This document shows positions 60,541-64,000 of a stretch of DNA of 64,000 nucleotides, piece by piece. Numbering within the stretch: position 1 is the stretch's first letter; each line of letters starts with the position of its first letter. Under the pieces are notes generated by a model, which made no database searches, was not told where the DNA came from, and was given only the letters and a program-made list of their open reading frames with translations. Both the position numbers and the translations under genes were made by a program. Source of the stretch: Squalus acanthias (taxonomy: Eukaryota); assembly GCA_030390025.1 (NCBI GenBank), contig CM059432.1, positions 101,992,001 through 102,056,000 on the forward strand. Direction: 5' to 3'.

Positions 60541-62092
60541 ATGCAGTACTATACTTATACACTCCAGTGAAGCCTCTAATCACAACAGCAGGTGCTCTGG
60601 CTCCATACAGTCTTATTTTTATGGATGACTTCATATGTATTATTGGATTAAACTGAGACAGTGGACAATGCAGGTCCAAAACAGAATGTTTATTCACGGT
60701 GCCATCATGAGCTAACAACTGGCAGTAGATGGTGCTGTATTCTTTCATCATTACACTGTGATGATTGGGACCATCAGTGTAAGTGATAGAGAAAAAAAGA
60801 TTTAAAATGTCACCGTCATGATTTGAGTGAGTAGAAACCAGGAAATTGAATAGCAAGTGCTTCTTCTCAGTCCCCACTGGATTTACACCCAACCTATTTT
60901 CTTTTTGGGTTGAATGTCCATGTACATTATTCATTTTGTGGGTAGCCTAATTATGCTTACATCCAGTATGCCAATGAGGACCTTTAGGAGTCCCGTTGAA
61001 ATATGCAGTTGCATCCTTTATTATGAGAAGTTAAAAGGAAGTTGTTTAAAATCCTAAACTAAAGGGGGGGGGGGGAAGATGCAATGTATTTTATTACAAC
61101 TTTTTTATTTTTCAGCTAATATTTAGTATATGAATATATATATTTTTTCCGCTAATGTTTCCTCTATTTTCCAGTGTTTTCTAGATTGTACCATGTCAGG
61201 AATGTTTATGCACCGAGAAGCAGCACATTCGTTGTTACCAATATCACTGGGAAACTTACGGGATAGCAACTCTTTCCAATAGTTCTGCAGAAGAGGATGA
61301 TCATTAAAGAAGACAGGATCTGTAAAGTGTCTCCCACAATACCATCATTCACTTCACCCAGGCTGCACCACAGCATCTAACTGGAAGACACAGAAAGTGC
61401 TGTGTCTTTTGGCAAGTCACTGTTAGCTTTAATACAGGGGTTTGCTTTGAAAGCACCCCATTGCAGTATTTCGTGCTTGAAGTGAAACGTGAAGAAAGGA
61501 GGCACCAGAGCCAGTTTGGCCACACCCACCATGATGCCACTCAGCACGACCATAGAGAGCTGGCTCTGCAAGCTACCGGTCAGAAAGGAACCACTTGTAT
61601 GTCTGTTCCATCTAGTGCAATGACACCTGCAGCCAATTTGCTCCTTAGAGATTGAACTGGGAGTGACAGGCAAAGTTACCAGCACACCCACATGTTTTGG
61701 CTACCTAGTGTCACTGCACTGCTGCATTCCCCAAATTACAGGGTGCCAACAGCAAATTTGCCACAGATTCCTGGCACAACTTTATTGCATGCATGCTTGG
61801 GCAAGTACCTAATAAATAGTACCATTGGCTAGAGTTACTTTGCAACTTCATTAAAGTCTACCATCCTTTTCCACTTTTGTTCCTAGGTCGTGTGGGAAGT
61901 GCAGGCAACATTAAACATGGCTGCCACCTTCTGCCCACCAGGCTGAATTACAGTCCTCTGGGAAAGAGTGCCATCAACAGGGCAACCCTCTTCAGATCCA
62001 CCTCATAGAGCAGCACATCACCAGCCATCAAATGGAGTTCAGAATCTGCATTGCTCCATCACATGATCATGGACTACATTTACTGCACCTTG

Positions 62093-62928
62093 GGGGGCGA
62101 TTTTGCCAGCCCAGGGGAGGCGGGTAAGGAGGCGGGACTGCCGGGAGAATGGCAGAATCTGAGGGTGGGTACCCATCCCGCCCCCAACCTGCCTCCGTGC
62201 CATCTTCCCAGGAGGCGGGTACCCGACCTGTGCCGGGTCCCATCTCCTCGAGGCGGGAAGGGGATTAGTGCCAATTAACTACCTGTTAACAGGTAGTTAA
62301 CAGGCAGTTTTTTGGAGAATCCCTATTTTCAGCCCTGAAGTGTGGGTTTCCCAACGACTCCGAACCTCGCCAGGGTCAGCGAGGCGGGCCGTCAGTCTGT
62401 GGGGGTCGGAGGGGCCGAGATGTCCGGTGTACAGGTGAGTGATGAGTGCAAGTGTGGAGAGGTAAGTGTGTGAGGTGAGTGTTTTAATAAGTTTTACTTA
62501 CCTTTACTTCTTCCTGCAGGCTTCATCCCTTCAGGTCTCGGGAGTCCCTCAGCTCACCGGCACAGAAAGCAGAATGGCCGCTGAACTGTCAAAAGCTGCA
62601 GCCTTCTGCTTTCTGCTCAGGAGAGCTCTCTAACTGAACCTGAGTGAAAGGACTCGAGTTCGAGGCCAGATTGTCCGTGTTTGACAGCTTCACAGAGCCG
62701 TCAAACGCTGACATTTCATCTGTCAAAAGCTCTTGACAGATGAAACGTTACTTGCTGACGTCACCTGTAACCGGCTTTTCCCTTAATTGGCCTGCTAAGC
62801 CCAGCGGGCTTAATAAGGTCAATCAAGGGAAAATAGCGTGGGCTGGCCACAAGTCGATGGAGGCGGGACTAAAACCCGACAAGTGGGAGTCCCGCCTCCA
62901 AAAGCTCCCCATTGAGAAAATCCAGCCC
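62093..62928. mobile_element. Harbinger-type MITE
   Basis: GGGGGCGATTTT...AAAATCCAGCCC, TSD TTG. GGAGGCGGG subterminal repeats as in 18547-20188. Confidence 0.8.
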
Positions 62929-63284
62929 TTGGTTTCCACTGAATTTTGACAGCCAATGTTTTTCTCCATTTAGCCTTTATAATTTTTTTATTTTACTCAT
63001 TTGAAATGGCCTTTAGAAAGCCTTTCAAAAATTCCTGTCATCTGTACAAAGGCTGTACAAATTTCTGTCCCCGTATATCCAGCTGTGACAAAAATGAAGC
63101 AATTCTGTCTAATATTTAACTTGGCATTGGCTTATTAATTCTGTCACTGTACTTAAAGATCAGCTTCCCTCACAGAATCATATCATAGTTTCACTCAATA
63201 CAATGTTGCAACAATTTATCAGTTGTTTTCCATGCAGTTAGTTGAGGAAGGATTCAAGCCACTCAATTCAACTACAAAAATATT

Positions 63285-64000
63285 GGGCCGTATTTTCCGA
63301 TCCCTACAGGTGTGTACGAGCTGTGTAAACACCCGTCAGGACCTCGCAAGTGTCGGTTTCAGGCATGTGAAGCGCATGCGCTGAAAACCGGCACTTCCGA
63401 TCTGTCAAGAATCCTGCTGACAGATCCTCCGCCTGCCCGGGAGAAGGGCCTCTGTGGGCAGAGTGTTCCGCTTTCTGCACAACCTCCGCCCGCTGAAAAC
63501 CCTTAAAAATCTTACGCCTGGTAAAAGCAGTGTAAGGCCTGCTTTTACCAGCATAAGAGTTTAAAAAAGTAAAAAAATGATGTTTTCCCACTCATTTATA
63601 ATTTTAAAATACTTTTAAAAAAGGTAAGTTTATTTTTAGCCCTGTAAAAAACTTTAATTCTTTTTCAAAAAATTAATTTTCATTTATAATATTTAATTTA
63701 ATGTAATTTTAACTAATTTTAAAAACGTGATTTAAAAAAAATGTATTTAATGTTTTGATGTGTTTTTTGAGTGATCCCCATTCATACTTTTGACAGGTCT
63801 AAGCTGAGAGATCTGTCAAAAGTATGAAGGGGGATTCCCTGCTTCCATTGGTTCCCCATGGCCCACGTGATCCCAGGGATGCTTGCGAACTGCCTGCGCC
63901 CCTGGGATATCCGGGCCCTGCGCATTTCGTAGAGCAGAGGCCCAGGAGCGGAAATGTCTGGACCTCCAGAGCCCTCAGATAAGGGCGTAGATTTTTTCCA
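63285..64000. mobile_element. Harbinger-type MITE related to 56106-56854 (right end at or beyond the window edge)
   Basis: Starts GGGCCGTATTTTC. Shares AAAGGTAAGTTTATTTTTAGC, the central hairpin and CCATGGCCCACGTGAT with 56106-56854. Confidence 0.8.

Noticed and set aside
60215..60934. 239-aa minus-strand ORF
   Set aside because: Runs across unique sequence, an antisense CR1 3' end and the Gypsy remnant, with no recognisable domain.
61185..61320. Possible exon after TTTTCTAG
   Set aside because: Short frames with stops and no recognisable product.

Overview
Repeat-dense eukaryotic non-coding DNA, most likely from a cartilaginous fish (shark-type Deu-domain SINEs, CR1/L2/RTE LINEs, Penelope-like elements). 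I cannot support any host protein-coding exon, rRNA, tRNA gene or CRISPR array. Every ORF I can identify is a transposable-element fragment. The window holds nested insertions: CR1, L2, RTE and a CR1/Jockey-group LINE; two Penelope-like (PLE) families whose pseudo-LTRs carry minimal hammerhead ribozyme motifs and form fold-back mini-elements; non-autonomous PIF/Harbinger derivatives (Myb/SANT remnant plus transposase remnant) and MITEs; a hAT MITE; a fossil Gypsy element; and a probable 1.6-kb solo LTR. The most notable object is a ~2.0-kb polyadenylated L1/Tx1-type element that encodes only a zinc-knuckle ORF1 (no ORF2). It is bounded by a 16-bp TSD and sits between the A and B boxes of a tRNA-derived SINE (48840-50853). 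Boundaries of old, degraded repeats are approximate, and family names come from motif recognition by eye, not database searches.
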